Origin: Fimbriosthenelais zetlandica
Taxonomy: Eukaryota
Direction of reading: 5' to 3'
NCBI GenBank assembly: GCA_977030845.1
Contig: OZ365112.1
Location: 18,476,001 to 18,540,000 of the forward strand
Length of the DNA: 64,000 bases
A program made the position numbers and the translations under genes. Numbering within the stretch: position 1 is the stretch's first letter; each line of letters opens with the position of its first letter. Under the pieces are notes generated by a model. It saw only the letters and a program-made list of their open reading frames with translations, had not been told where the DNA came from and made no database searches. Below are positions 1-13,807 of the stretch, in pieces.

Positions 1-2583
1 GCACCACGCCATCAAATCCGCATGCCAGCTTGATATAGCAGTGCCAAGAAAGCTTTTTTTCCTAACATACTAGTTAGACCAGCCCATGACGGTAATTAAT
101 TGGACCATGCTGGTCACAAATTACATGTAGGATCCAAGCAATGATTGTTTCCTTTCTAAAACACATATTATCCTCCCATAGTGATTTTAGTAGTGCAGAT
201 AATATTTTCACAGCTCGTCAGTGACTTATTCACCATGCCCCCATTCTATCATAGATCAATCAAGCCTATGTGGTGGAACTGCAGGTAGTCATGTTATTTC
301 TCAGGGATTCCTGACAACACCTGAGGCAGTTTAGAGGACTTAATTCACGTGTTTCTTATACACGAGGCAATCTCCGCCACTCGTAAACAAGAGTCAAATG
401 AATCCAAATGAGGAATGAAAGGCGGGCAGCAGGTCTGACATTTGGACGGCGATCAGTAATGGCTAATCACGGGGATCATCCCTTAACACCGCACATTGGG
501 TGTCGGTAATCTGCTCCAGGGTTTACCAACCACACCACCAGATATTACCCCACAGGTCGATCCACCAAACACACGCCAGCAATTTCATATTTTCATCACG
601 ATATATTTGGGTAGGCCCTATCGACATATATTGCTTAGGCGAATAAACCTCTTTTGGCTTTAAGTTATGCCTCACTTGAACAATTGTTGGGATGATACCC
701 CAGATAGTCTTCATTCCATACATTTAGGAAGTACAAAGGGAATGAATATCAGGGTCAACAATCATAAGCAATTCTTCTATCCTATTCTTGAACACTTTTG
801 TTGGGGCAATAAACTTCTATCCTCTGACTCAAGTTGAGCTATCACTTTCATTTGTCTGCAGTTCTATGTCGATGGAGCCATCACCTCCAGAAACATACCA
901 GATTAAATGAGAGGGGAAGTTCATAAGAGGCTTCAGGATACAGGCAGCACATATGTCCTTATTTCCTCTGGAATTAGTATGTTTAGAGACAGCAAACTGA
1001 GAATGCTGGAGGAATTTCCCGGCGGCAGTGGTAGTTACCAGTCGTGTAGCGATGATTCCATATCATATCAGCTTTAATTACCTGGCCGGCCAAGTCTACC
1101 TGTAATTATGACTACTATTGATGGCTAATGAAAAGGCTGGGTGTAGGTGGCTATAAATCATCTACCGTCCTGCTAATGTTCATCCTTAATGAGGCCCACA
1201 CTAGTTCATTATGTGATCCAACGGTGAATTTACCAGCTTCCACACCCCTCCCCCTTCTCCCTACACCTATACTAACAATACCCTAACCAGGGGCCCGGGC
1301 TTTATCCCGCCTCTAAACTATACTATCTTATAAAAGTACTTATAAAAGTACCTATAATCTATACCGGGTAACCCCCATCCGAAACACCCATTTCATCCCA
1401 AATCTAGTATATGCCAAGTTACATCCATAGACATATTATTTTTCATAAATGCATGTCTGAGGCATGTTTAGAGGCATTTCATGGCCATCTTTTAATTGAT
1501 TAGGCTACAAATTGCTTAAAGAACTTTGACAGATGAAGATCATGTCTTGGGTGTATGTGGCATGGCTTGAAGGCTTTGGGTACAGATGGAGTTTGTGTAG
1601 GGGAGTATGAATATTTCGTCATAACTCGTGAAGATAAGGTTTGATACACAGCTCTCCTCTAACCCTTCCTTGCTTCGGTCAAACAATACTGTCATAATAA
1701 TAGAGCGCCCGTCACTATCAGACTAAGATGCGCCACACGGTTTTGGATGTGATCGGTCATGGGTCGCTTCATGCCATAAATCTGTAGACTGAGATTAATT
1801 ACATCCCTGACAGGTTGATCTAAACAGAGCAGGATCCACGCTGAGATGGCCGTCTCTCTACACACACCATTGTTTACCACGACCTGACAGACACAGCTGT
1901 GTTTGTATATGTTATGTATTATAAAATAGGAGGCCTATTTATGAAAGCCCCATGAGATGAAATATATAAAGTGTTCAGTCTTGAAGGAGTACATGCTTAG
2001 GAACCATGTGTAGAAATAATGACTTGAATAACGTTGCTGGGAGGCAGGAGCAGCTCGGTTTACCAGTAAGAAGCTCACATAGGATTCCCAGCATAGATTT
2101 TTATGGAAAGCCTGGAGCATGGCAATGGTAATGTACCTATGGTCCACTTGGGAGTTTGTGCTAACAGGTAAACCTATATGATCCCCCTGGGGCATTGGTA
2201 TATAGAACCCTGGCCTCTTGCGTGTTGCGTTCATCGCCCTATATCTCCTCCCCAGAATGCATCAGCCAAAATGGCGAGAGTTTGAAGGTGACCTGATAAG
2301 GAGAGCACGCATTATATCATCTTTGATGGTGTCACCTCACAGATGGACGTAGATGACATGAACACGTCACGCCTGTGGAGGCAATATCTAAATCTACGAC
2401 TCCAAACCAATGAGGACTGGAGGAAGAGGAAATATTGGCAGATTGTTTGACATTTCTTGTTGGCGCTACAAGAAGAATCAGCCTTAATGAAAAGAAGGCA
2501 TGAAATATGCATCCAGAAGGTGATGAGACGGTATTATCGCACCCGGTGCATCCTGGGAAGGTCATCTGCACCTCCTACATGCC

Positions 2584-2597
2584 CCGCTAGATGGCAG
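2584..2597 (+). promoter_or_regulatory. CTCF-like motif
   Basis: CCGCTAGATGGCAG matches the CTCF core CC(A/G)C(C/T)AG(A/G)(G/T)GGC(A/G). Confidence 0.4.
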
Positions 2598-5500
2598 TGG
2601 AATCTGAGTGAGCGATAAATGGGCGACTTCCAATACGGCCCAGCATTAGGCCATCAACAGTCACCAACATCAAAGAGCTGTGGTGATGTTTTTGTGTGGC
2701 AGCTAGTTACCGTCTGTCTCTGTCCCCGCGCTATTCAAGGTCCCCTCGGCTCTCCCATGGCCTAATCCTGGCCACAACACAAGAGTCAGAAAAAAGTACC
2801 ACTTCCCTCCGATCAGCTCACGAAAAAAACCACCCTTAATTGATGCTATTTTCCTATTCTGCGTCAGACTTCTTTAAGCACATTCCTTAATGTCCGTGTC
2901 CATGCTAGAGAGATACAAGCAGATGATAATTAGCCTATTCAGTAATTTAGATAATTTCACAGCCTCGTCGGGAAATTTCCTTTTTGTCCCAACAAATCCG
3001 AGAGGATTGGATTGGAGTATTTGCTGCCTTTTAGCAATCATCCAATAGTTTCTGGGGGCCCCTGATTACTAGTATCTTGTCATTTTAGAGAGGGAAGGTG
3101 GAGGAGGAATTTCCACTCCATCAGGTGTGAATAGCAATCAGATATCAGCGATGCTAGATGATCGCGAGTGCTTGGAGGGGGATAGAGGGGCCCTGAGAGG
3201 CTGATGGTATTGGCGGGGAATGAGAGCGAGCATTTCAAGATAGCTTTAAGAATGAAGAAAAGAGACAAAATGAAGGAGGAGGCCTTGTGCTGCCTGCAGC
3301 TCCCTCTCCCCGCCCGCCTCACGCTGATTACACATTTCATAATTCCACTATCAGCCGATTTTCCTGCGCTTTACACCATCTGATCCTCATTAGAGAACAT
3401 TTCGGAGAACAAGCCTTCCAACTGTGTTGTTGCCTGGCCTGCTTTTTTACCTGCTCGGCAGAGGGAAAGAAAGGGAGAAGGGCTTAGGGCCGAGTAGTCG
3501 TCTCCTACTGCCAGTTGCATCCTCCACTCAATGCAACTCCATTGGAGGAGGGCATCTTTAATCCGGGAGGGGGGATTGAGAGGCAGATTCGTCTCCTCGC
3601 TGGTGCTGGTAGAGGCAGTGGTTGGGGCGTTTTGTCACGCTGAATGCCCCTTTTTTGCCCTCTCTACTAGCCCGCCTCTTCTTCTCTTCTCCAGCTTTAG
3701 ATTCTAACCAAGAAGCTGATCATCATCATCTCTCACCACCATCAGATCCCCACAAGGCTGAGAATCAGATCTTGACTGGGAAGAAAACCTAACTTTCTCT
3801 CGCCATCCAGTTGTGGCAGCTAACAATGGTCTAGGCGCGCATTGTCAATGCCACTCCCCGGCGCTCATTAATTCAAACCCTTACCCTTCAGCTTAATGAG
3901 CTCTCCTCCTAACCTGGTTTTTACTCACCATTAATACGTGGAGGGATAATCCCCCTGGCTGGCTACCTAGGCCAAGTTAACATGATAATGCGCGAGGAGC
4001 AAGCAGTGAAGACACTCTTGTAGACAAAACAATTGCTGGCAAAGGAAAAGTTGGGAAGTCGTTCATGTGCTCTTGCCGCCTATTTGAGCAGCTCAGGAGC
4101 ATTTCACCTCATTGCCTCAGTCAAGCATTAGGCGACCATTCCAAATGTTCGCCAGATTATTTGTCTTCTTTGCTGCGAGGCGAAATAAGAGTAGAAATCT
4201 GGGATTACAGAGCAACTTTACCAAACAGTTAACTTCAGGTTCCATCATTGGTCAATAAGGATATGGCAATGACTCGCTAGTTGCTTGTGACTAGCATTAA
4301 ATATTGCCAGCTATATCACCCAAATCTCTCAGCCGATCACACAAACTCCTTATTAGTCCACATCAGAAAGCTCTGAGCACAAGTGTCACGAAAATCTTTA
4401 CCTTCCTTTCATTTGCAAACTTTTTTCCTGGTCAAAACTGAAGCACATTTCCCTCCTGCCTCTGCAGCCATACCCCAACCCCTGACACCAGTCCTTGCTG
4501 ACTGACAGATCTATTTCAAAAACAATCGTCTGTCAAGTTGTGTGAGTGACAGCTGATCCGGGCCTAGCAGTCCCACTGCTGGCCGTCACCAGGGACCTGG
4601 GCTGAGGCTGTGTGTCACACATATCTCTGCTTTCTTCACCCTACACACTGCTCCCCTTCAAACACCACATACCATCCACTCCAAGGAGGGTGAAAAAATC
4701 ACTAAAAACACATAAAATATCCTATTCATAAAGAGATTGCAAAATTCAATGGAATGCATCCCCTAGAGGGGGTCACAACCTATTATTACGATTGTAAGTT
4801 GTGTAGCCTGAATAGCAAAAAGCTAAATTGACATTGGCAAATATTTATTTGCACTTGGAAGTAACCAGATTTGATGTTGAGTTAACAAAATGGGAGTTAG
4901 TGGATGGCGCAGCAGGTGACATCAGTCTGAAAGACACATTCATACATTATTAAACCTCCACCATGGATCTGTCACTCCCATTGTGAGGCCCTTTCAATTC
5001 TATCATATTCTTTTCACAATTTTTACATGCTTGTTTCCTCCACTCAAAGACGAAATTAGACACATTTTGATGGGACAGAGAGGTGTAGTGTCCTAAATAG
5101 GTTAATAATCTCAGCTTTTCAGTCGCCAATTTTAGATGACGTCAGATTGGGGCTGTGTCGTACACTTGTGGACGTCATTTCCACTCAGCCCACGCTCTGT
5201 CTCGTCTCTTGTCGCCCCTCGCTGTTCAGTGTACCAGAAATCCCCCTCCACCATTGACCAGAGCGGGAGTCGGGTTACATTTGTCATATAAACCTCGGCG
5301 TGTGTGAACACCACTTTTTCACCACTGCATACCACAGTGGCGGAGGATGGGAAGAAGAACAGAGTGTCCCCTTTTTTTTTCTTTGCAGCTAAGATACCTC
5401 CCAAAGCAGTCGGCTGTAGCATGACTACTGAACAAACTAAAAGCAATGGAATGATTTGCAGATCAAATAAGTACAGTGGTGGTGAGTATGGGGGATGAGG

Positions 5501-8500
5501 GGAGCGGGGGAGGGGAGGATGAAGCCTGACAAGTGAGAGTAGAGATCAATGAGTGAGAAATCCAGGTATGGCTGTGTAGTACGGGTATCTATACTGATAA
5601 CGTAAAGCCCTGCATATTGGTTGGGGACCCAGAACCTAACTCGTCTAGGGGGGCTAGACACTGCTACAGGGTGTCACGACCTTGTGTTGTTTGCACATAC
5701 ATACACCCACACTAGTGTTTGAGTCTGCCACTAGAGCATATTTTCACCAGCGAGTGAAATGTTTGTCTTTCTACTTGTCACCGACCTACCAAGGACTGCT
5801 GGCAGAGAGAGGCCCCGCCCCGACCATCACATCTTCCTCTTTCATCTGCCTTGAGGATTCAAGTATAAGTCTGACTCTGACTCAGGCCTGTCATTCAGCA
5901 AGCAGGGGCACAACAGACCCACATTAACACAGCATGGATCTCTACATTATTGCCAAAGATCATAAATCATTATGACTTAATTATCACTTATAAACGCTAA
6001 AGATATTCTTTAACGCGGGGCACTGTAATCATGTAAACAAAGCTAAAGACTCCAATCCTCGGCCATTGATGCCCTTAAACTTTGTGTTTTTCTCCGAGTA
6101 GAAGGTTGAGAAGCAGGGGAGTAGCATTACACATGGTGGTGAGTTACTCGGTGAAGGTGGACGGAGAGGCTGACTTGTTGCTCATGTGGCTCCCATATTG
6201 GCCTGAGTTGTGAGGATACATTGTACAGATCTGGAGGGCTGACAAGCCTGGAGGGCGAGCATTTCACTCACTCCTAACCTCCACGCCACAGCCTCCATCC
6301 TCCTCTCCCTAATAACTCCCATTCCCTCCTCCACCCATTAAACCCTCCATCCCCACCCAAAAAACAACCCACCAAAACACCTTCAAAAGTAACCACCAAC
6401 TTTCATCCCAATCCAGTTTATTTATTTACCCCGACCTCAAAATCAATGGATTGTTTTGGAGGGAATGCCTTGAGATTTTGATCCTTCCTTGTCCCTGTCT
6501 TAAAGAGAGGGATCCACAAAGGATGGAGTGGGAAGAAGATCAACAATGGATCTCTGGCAGTGATTAGAGTTGGCTCTGAGGGGCTGGGGGTTTGACACTC
6601 GTCAGCGTGACGCCTGGCCTTCCGTGAATTCTTCACCGATAACATAATAACCCCCCTCGTGTCACTTTTATCAGGGCGACCCGGTGCCTGTTACCCATTA
6701 GGCTATGTGTAAGGATAAATTGTGAGTTTTTGTAGTCGGGAGGGTCCTGGCTGTCGTCTTGGTAGGGGACTGGTTCTAAATCAAGTAGAGAGAGTTGACG
6801 GAGAAGGTGGGATCCATGTACACCTGACACTGCGACCAGGTAAGATCAGGTGTGTTCCATCTCTACATATGATCCCACCAATTCCTACATGATTTATCAC
6901 TTCCATGGGTCCAACATCTATTATCCTAAAGTCTATCCACCTAAAGTTGCCATGAATCCTTCTGTACAGTCTCATATCACACGGAGCAACTTAATTGAAT
7001 TTCCCAAACCATCAACTTGTTCCTACACATTTTAGCTAGATTTCTGAGGTTAATTCTAGGGTTATTTGCTAAGATTATGGCTAATTTAGACTAGTGGTAG
7101 GGGTATGAGAGAAGCATTTGGAGCTGGTGAGTGAGTTGATTATTATAACCTAGAAATGATCATTACCTTATCATGGTGACTCAGCGAATTGGCCAAAGAA
7201 TGGAAGAACATGGCAGTTCCATTGTGCAGTCTACCCGACCCGTTCTAAAAACACAAGGTCGGTACAGGACATTGAAAAACCAAGCGAAATAAGGCAAAAA
7301 GAACGAAAGATATTAAAACTAAAGACTCGTGCCGCACATCTCGCCACTATCATTACTAAACGTCCTCAAAAGAAACTTTATTTCTAGCACTAATACTACA
7401 CACAGCACTAAAGTGAGAGATGGACAATATTTTAAATAACTTTTATAGGTCGGTGCAAGATGTGTACTAAACTGAGAAAGAAATTGATATCATGCGAGTG
7501 ATTGTTTTTATCATTAGCTATAGATTGTGAACAACATGAAGTATGTGTTCGTGATAGACGAGACCAATAGCGTGTTCTAAACGAAAATTCTTTTCTACAA
7601 AAAGCCTACCTGGCTAATCCAAGATCGGTATGCGAGGCGGGCTAGTGCAAGTGGACAAAACAAACTCTAGGTGGAACACAATTACAACATGAAGCTGGAC
7701 AGGAGAGGAGAGGGCTGGCCACGACAACATTTAACATTTAAAGCAATACATATCTGCATTTCAATTGCCATAGGTCTAGGTAATGTAGGATGTTGCAAAA
7801 GAAAAGTTTCGACGTTCAAAAACAAAACTAGCAGTAATGAAAGGGGTATATTATAGAGAAGAGTTATGATACTAGAGCTGATAAGAGCATATGAAAGCCT
7901 TGTCTAGTGGGAGGTAAGGTAGGAGGTGTACATGATAGGTGTTGGGTTGACATGATTGGTGAAGTTGATCCCAGGTCTGTGTTTGAACTTTTCAACACTA
8001 CTACACCCAGGTTTCCATACATCCCATCTCACCTCCACACAGCCCGGTCATGCCCACCAGAGACCAGACGGAGGTCTCGATGGACAGGGATTTATGTGTC
8101 CATGTGGTCTTTCTGACGGGCTAGAGTGTTGCATGGGGCTTTTTATCCCGGTTCAGGCCCATACTGGAGGGTGATGGGGATCAACTGCTACCCTCACCAT
8201 AGCTCACCTTGGTAGGCCAGATGCGGCCCCCACCAGGCGAGTTGGCATTAAACCTTAGGTAGAAAACATGGACCAAATATGTGGGCTTTTTATTAGATTA
8301 TCACCAGGCTGAAACCTGACCTCTACTCCAAACATTTCCTCCTACTCCTCTTCTGCAGGAGTAATATACTTTATTTTTAGTTCCTTTTATTATTCTTACG
8401 TCAATCTATGGCATTTCACTAATTTTCATACTATTGCATGAGATTTACAGTGATTTTGACAGGAATGCTAAAACAGATGCGTAGAGATTTACTTATAACA

Positions 8501-11500
8501 AGACCTCTCTCCTCTAGAGAGGGAGCTGGTCCCGAAAACAGCTGAGGAAAAGGAGGGTTGTGTGGGTTGGGATGTGGAGACTGACATGATGTGTTTTAAC
8601 ATGTAGGCCATCCCCCAGCCCCTAAAGAAGTCTTGATAGGTGAGCATGTCTGAGAGGGAGGGGGTAATGAGAGGTGGGTGGGGGTACGTTGAGGGCTGAT
8701 CTTACGTCTGTCATTTGGACTTCCACAAGATGGATTACCTCAGACCCAGACACTCAGGAGGTCTGGAGGACAACATCCCCCACCTCCCACCACTCCCATC
8801 TTCAGCCCAACTCTTAAGAGCAACCAGATCCAAGGTGGAAAGTCCGAGGCTGATGGGGCGCGTCTTTACCATGGAAACGGACCCCACAACTCCCCACTCT
8901 CAAACACTATCCCGACTTTACCGCACACAAAATAACAGCAGATCCACCACATGGGCATTTTCAAGGCTAAGGTATGCAAAGATGATTATCACTGACTGTG
9001 AAGGTAGCCTGGATGGAGGGTGGAGAACTGATACCAGCTTCACATCATTCCACAGGTAATCTAGCAACAACCTCGCGGAATCCAGGTAACACAGCTCACC
9101 AACATACATCACGCCTGCCTAGCGTCCCTCAACACAAGGCCCACCCAATACCCGGCCGGCGATTAAAGGTGAATAAATGTAGGCCCTCATACTCTGCTCT
9201 AATCTATTGGACCCCCTCCTCGCCCTCACTCTCCACCTAGACCGGACCCTGTGGTTTGTTGTCTCAGGATCTCATACTGACAGCGTCTATTGATGAAGAC
9301 ATTAGAGCCTGATCTGAAACATGAACTTAGGACGAGGTGCCAGACGTGACATGTGAGCCTCTTCTCTCCTCACCTCCACTACTTAATGGGGCTTGCTTTA
9401 CTTTAATACTTACTCCCGTATTCAAATGTATTCTCTTATTCCTTCCTTCCCAATTCAATGTGACAACTCCTTTTCAACTCCATTTTATCTAAAAATCCCG
9501 GACGATTTTTGTCCTGATCCTTTTTACTTAAACTGAACTCGACTTGTCTTTTCTTCTCCCTTCCCTACCAAGAGTATGACCATCGAGACATTGACCATGA
9601 GAGAAGGGGGAGAAAGGGAATAATTACATAAACAGTGACAGGGCATAAACAAGAGGGAAATAAAGCTCTGTCCTCTTTGGCACTGAGTCACGTAGAGATA
9701 GGATGGAGAGTGGGGTTAGTGAAGTCGGGGCGGGGGCTGGGGGTAGATCGGAGGGGTGTTTAGGGGGAGAGGATGATATATTACAACCAGGTGGCAGCAA
9801 TGGGCCCACTAGGGCCGTCATCACTTACTGTCAAAGAAAAAAATGTTTGACCCTAATACATTCACCCCAACCATGCTTAGTGTAGAGCTGGAGCTAGGAG
9901 AGGGAGCTAGGGGGATAAGTCTTATCATAGCAGCAATGCTACAGGTCGCTACAACACGATACCATCAATTACTTACTATATTATTTATAATCTATAAAAT
10001 TAACCTAAATCTATCCCTGAAGGTACCAAATTCTTGGTACAATGGCATTGAGTTTCACTCAGTAAGATAAAATTAAAGAGGAAATTGAGAACATGAGATC
10101 CAAGATGAGATGTCAAGGTATAAACCAACTTTCAATACACCTAGGAAGGGTGTGTAAACTACTTCTTTCTCTATAAAAGCAAAGGTGAACCTTCGACACG
10201 CATATGGAAGGCATGGAGGGCCAGGAGGGAGGCCCATCCCACAGGCTGAATGAATCAAAAGAAATACAAATTACATTTCTTTTCTTTTTCTCTCCTGGTT
10301 GCGGTATGTTTTTTTCCGGGGTGGGGGTCGGGGTGATTAGGTCTAGTCATGGTAGATGGTTGAGGGGAAGATGAAGCTGGGACAACCACGTGGAGGAGAG
10401 GAGAATACCGGGCGGTATAGCTAAACAACACCCCGCTCCATTGATGCACATCACAGAGTTAATCAGAGTTGCTCGTCCCCCGCCGTGTGGTAGAGATACA
10501 GCATGTAGTACTGGCCATGTACAACCATTGTGGCATGAATTTACAGACGAGAACCACCCGTAATATTAGGCAGGAGCATGCAGCTGATAAAGGCTTTCAC
10601 AATACGAGTAAAATAGCCTTACAGCAAGAGATGAATTATCAACGTGTGCACGACACACTGACTATTATCATTGTCACGTGTGGTTAAGTTGATATAGAGA
10701 GTTAGAATATAGAAGCCCAGCTACAAAGTCACCAGCTTATAAATTGGTGTTGATAGAAGGGATTATGTATGAGGTAAGTTAACCCCACATTGAACACGTC
10801 TCCTATTTCCAACAATTATACACCTTAACATGCTAAGACACCCCAGCACTGATCTGTCACAGTTGTAGTCACTTTTCTGACAGAAAGGGGTCAAACTATT
10901 GTGTGCGTTTACAGAGATGTTTCCATTCAGATTGGAATGGCCATCTTTTCAACTGTCACCAAAGACGTGAATATGTTCTCATATTTGATAATGGATGAAA
11001 ACAGCTGTTGAAGGTTGGACTGACCAGGTAATTGTAGCCTTTAAGACGTCGGTCCCATATGGTCAGTAGGCAGAGGGCCGACCCCCCTATTTCCAACGGT
11101 TTCTGTTTCTCATTGTCTTGACCTGATAGACATGTCAGGTTGCAGCTTCACTGCCCACGTTAAGTGGCCCACGACTGAATTAGACTTGCACCTCCTACCC
11201 ATCCTCCCCAATCTCCCTTTTTTTCTCCGACCTCTTAAAACCAGTACCATGAATAAATTCACACGTGTTCCTTTAAGATGTCTACACTAAGTACTCTTGA
11301 TGCTTTTTATGTGCAAGAATGTGTAAAAGAAAATTTGGAAGTTTTAGAAAAGTTGACAAAGATGAAGATCTTTTTTCCTCAGTTCAACACGAGTGCAGTA
11401 CACGTCTATGTCACATTTCTTTCCAATTTGAACACAACGGCTAATAGCCAAGGTCCGGTGGTGGTGAGAAAAGGTGATGATTACAGTTCAAAGGAAGTGA

Positions 11501-13707
11501 AGCTCTGAATATACCAGCATAATCACAGCCTCGCCCTCTCTCACTACAGTATTTATGACCAAAATTTGAAAGTAACTGACAAAAGCTGTCAACGACTCTT
11601 ACTGCCATTGCTCCCCATTATTTTCTATCGGAAAGTAATATAAACCACCCACCAACATTGGCTGAGGTCACACTTTTTGTAGAGAGATTATAACGAGGAG
11701 CAAGCCATGGCATGGAGATGGCAAGCAGGGAATATGAGGACAATTTGAGAAGCTGTGCAAGGTTTCTGATGGCAGGAAGACAACAGTTGGTTGTATGTCA
11801 AACATTCATGAGCAGAAAAATATTGATTGGAGGGAAAGACAGTAGTGCCCAGTACGATGATTTGAGTAATTATAGTTATGTGTAATAAGGAAATCCTTAT
11901 TCCTTTCTGAAATCCAACAGATTGACATTTACCACGTACAATGTTCAATAGAACACAAATACAAGCCCTTAAATGAGGAGAGTATGGATTACCTGTAATT
12001 TCTTTGGCGCATGACGATGGTGGGGCAGGGGGTCAGTGTGGACTTATGTGAGGGATATTACAATACACGCAAGTGAAATGCAAAAAAAAACATGCACATC
12101 CAAAACCTTGTGCTCTTGACAGTTTTTTATAAATTCCAGAAAGTACACTACTACTGTACAGAGGCAGACAGCATCGCCAGATCATTGTTGAGAGATTTTT
12201 TGCCCACTTCTCATTTGGTAATGGACTGCCTGAGAAGTTACCATGACATTAAACACAATAGCCGTCTGTATAAAAAGACGGACAGGGTGAAAAACAAAGG
12301 GGACTTTGAGGAGATAGGGAGAAGAAGGGGGAGTGTGGGAGATGGTGGGGTAAGGGTAGTGATAGGCGTTATCTGGGGTAGAACCCTTCAACCTGTCTAC
12401 CACCCACCCTCAAACTTCTAACAGGACCACCTAACGAGCTGCCTTTAACATCAAAAGATCATGAGTTACAATTTTACTATTTTGCATCTATAAATTTGAT
12501 TTTACTTTCAACTTAAAATCTTCCGGTTCTCATCAAAACTTGTGATTGGAAGGTTGTAATAGCCAGATGGTTTTCTACCAATTCGTTTTATTTGAGATAG
12601 TTTGAGGCATTGCATCATAACAAATGTAATCGGGCAGTATTGTTTTAGACACCTGGGCTGTGATGTGAATGGCCATAGGTCAGTGAATGGTATGAAGGGG
12701 CAGTGGACACTGGTCAGTCCACAACAAAGGAGAAATAATGAATATGTGGAGATGTAATTCATCATGATTTTTTGTAACCCTTGTAACGAGGCGCATGTGA
12801 CAGCCAGTCTGTTACATGTGTACAAGCTTTTACACTTTGCCAAATCACGACATGCCTGTTATAGCGGGCGATCTGCTGGTCATTTCAATGGTCATCGGGT
12901 GTTCATGTCACATACTGGACTGGTCAAGACCACACATGCTACCCGCCAAGCATGCAAAGTGGGTCCTCCCCCCGTCAACACCACATGCTCATGTCCATTT
13001 TCATGTAATGAGGAGGAATTGCATTTGTTTCACTGCCTTTCTTTCTCGCGACATCTTAGCATGGCCTCAGCCCTCAGCCTTCCCATCTTATGTCGGCGCT
13101 AAGTGCTCTAAATATGACTAATATGACCCCACTACTTCATTCACTTGCATCTTGCATGCCAAGTCAATATTTGCTCGCTGACCTAGTTTTAATGGGGAGA
13201 TGACACTGTGAAGAGCGCGGGGGGAGGGGGTGGGTGGAGGATTGGAGGGATCCAGTAATCGTTTAACCCTTATCGCCCTAATCCGGTGTAAATCCTGCCC
13301 CGTCAGCAGATAAACCAGCACCTAACGTGATCGTGGCTATCAGATAGTCCGCCTTCTATCCGGGCTCAATCCGCCCTTCATGTGTGCAGTAGTCTAGTAT
13401 TAAACTGCTGCCAGGCTGGGAGGGGTCATCATAACGTGCCACCGTGTTTATATAATAGAATAAAACATTATCCACCGTGAATATAACTGCTGGGGAAGGA
13501 GGGCCGTGTGAGGTGACTGACCTCACTCAAGGAATTAATTCAAACACAACATGATAATATATATTTCGTAATACTTTCTGGTGGCATACATAACATACCT
13601 CTCAGAACGGTTCAATTATGATAGAAAGGGAATGGTTGAACATAGACTGCAGGTGGGATAGAAGAAGAGTGGAGAACTTACATGGAGGTGATATTGGTTG
13701 TGGTTGA

Positions 13708-13720
13708 GGGGGGGGGGGGG
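13708..13720 (+). repeat. G13 homopolymer
   Basis: 13 consecutive G. Confidence 0.8.
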
Positions 13721-13807
13721 TAGTAAGCACCCGCCCTACCCCCACCATCAATTTACTCCGCCACATGAATCTCAATTAGGAACGCTAGGTGTGGGGGATG
13801 GGTATGG

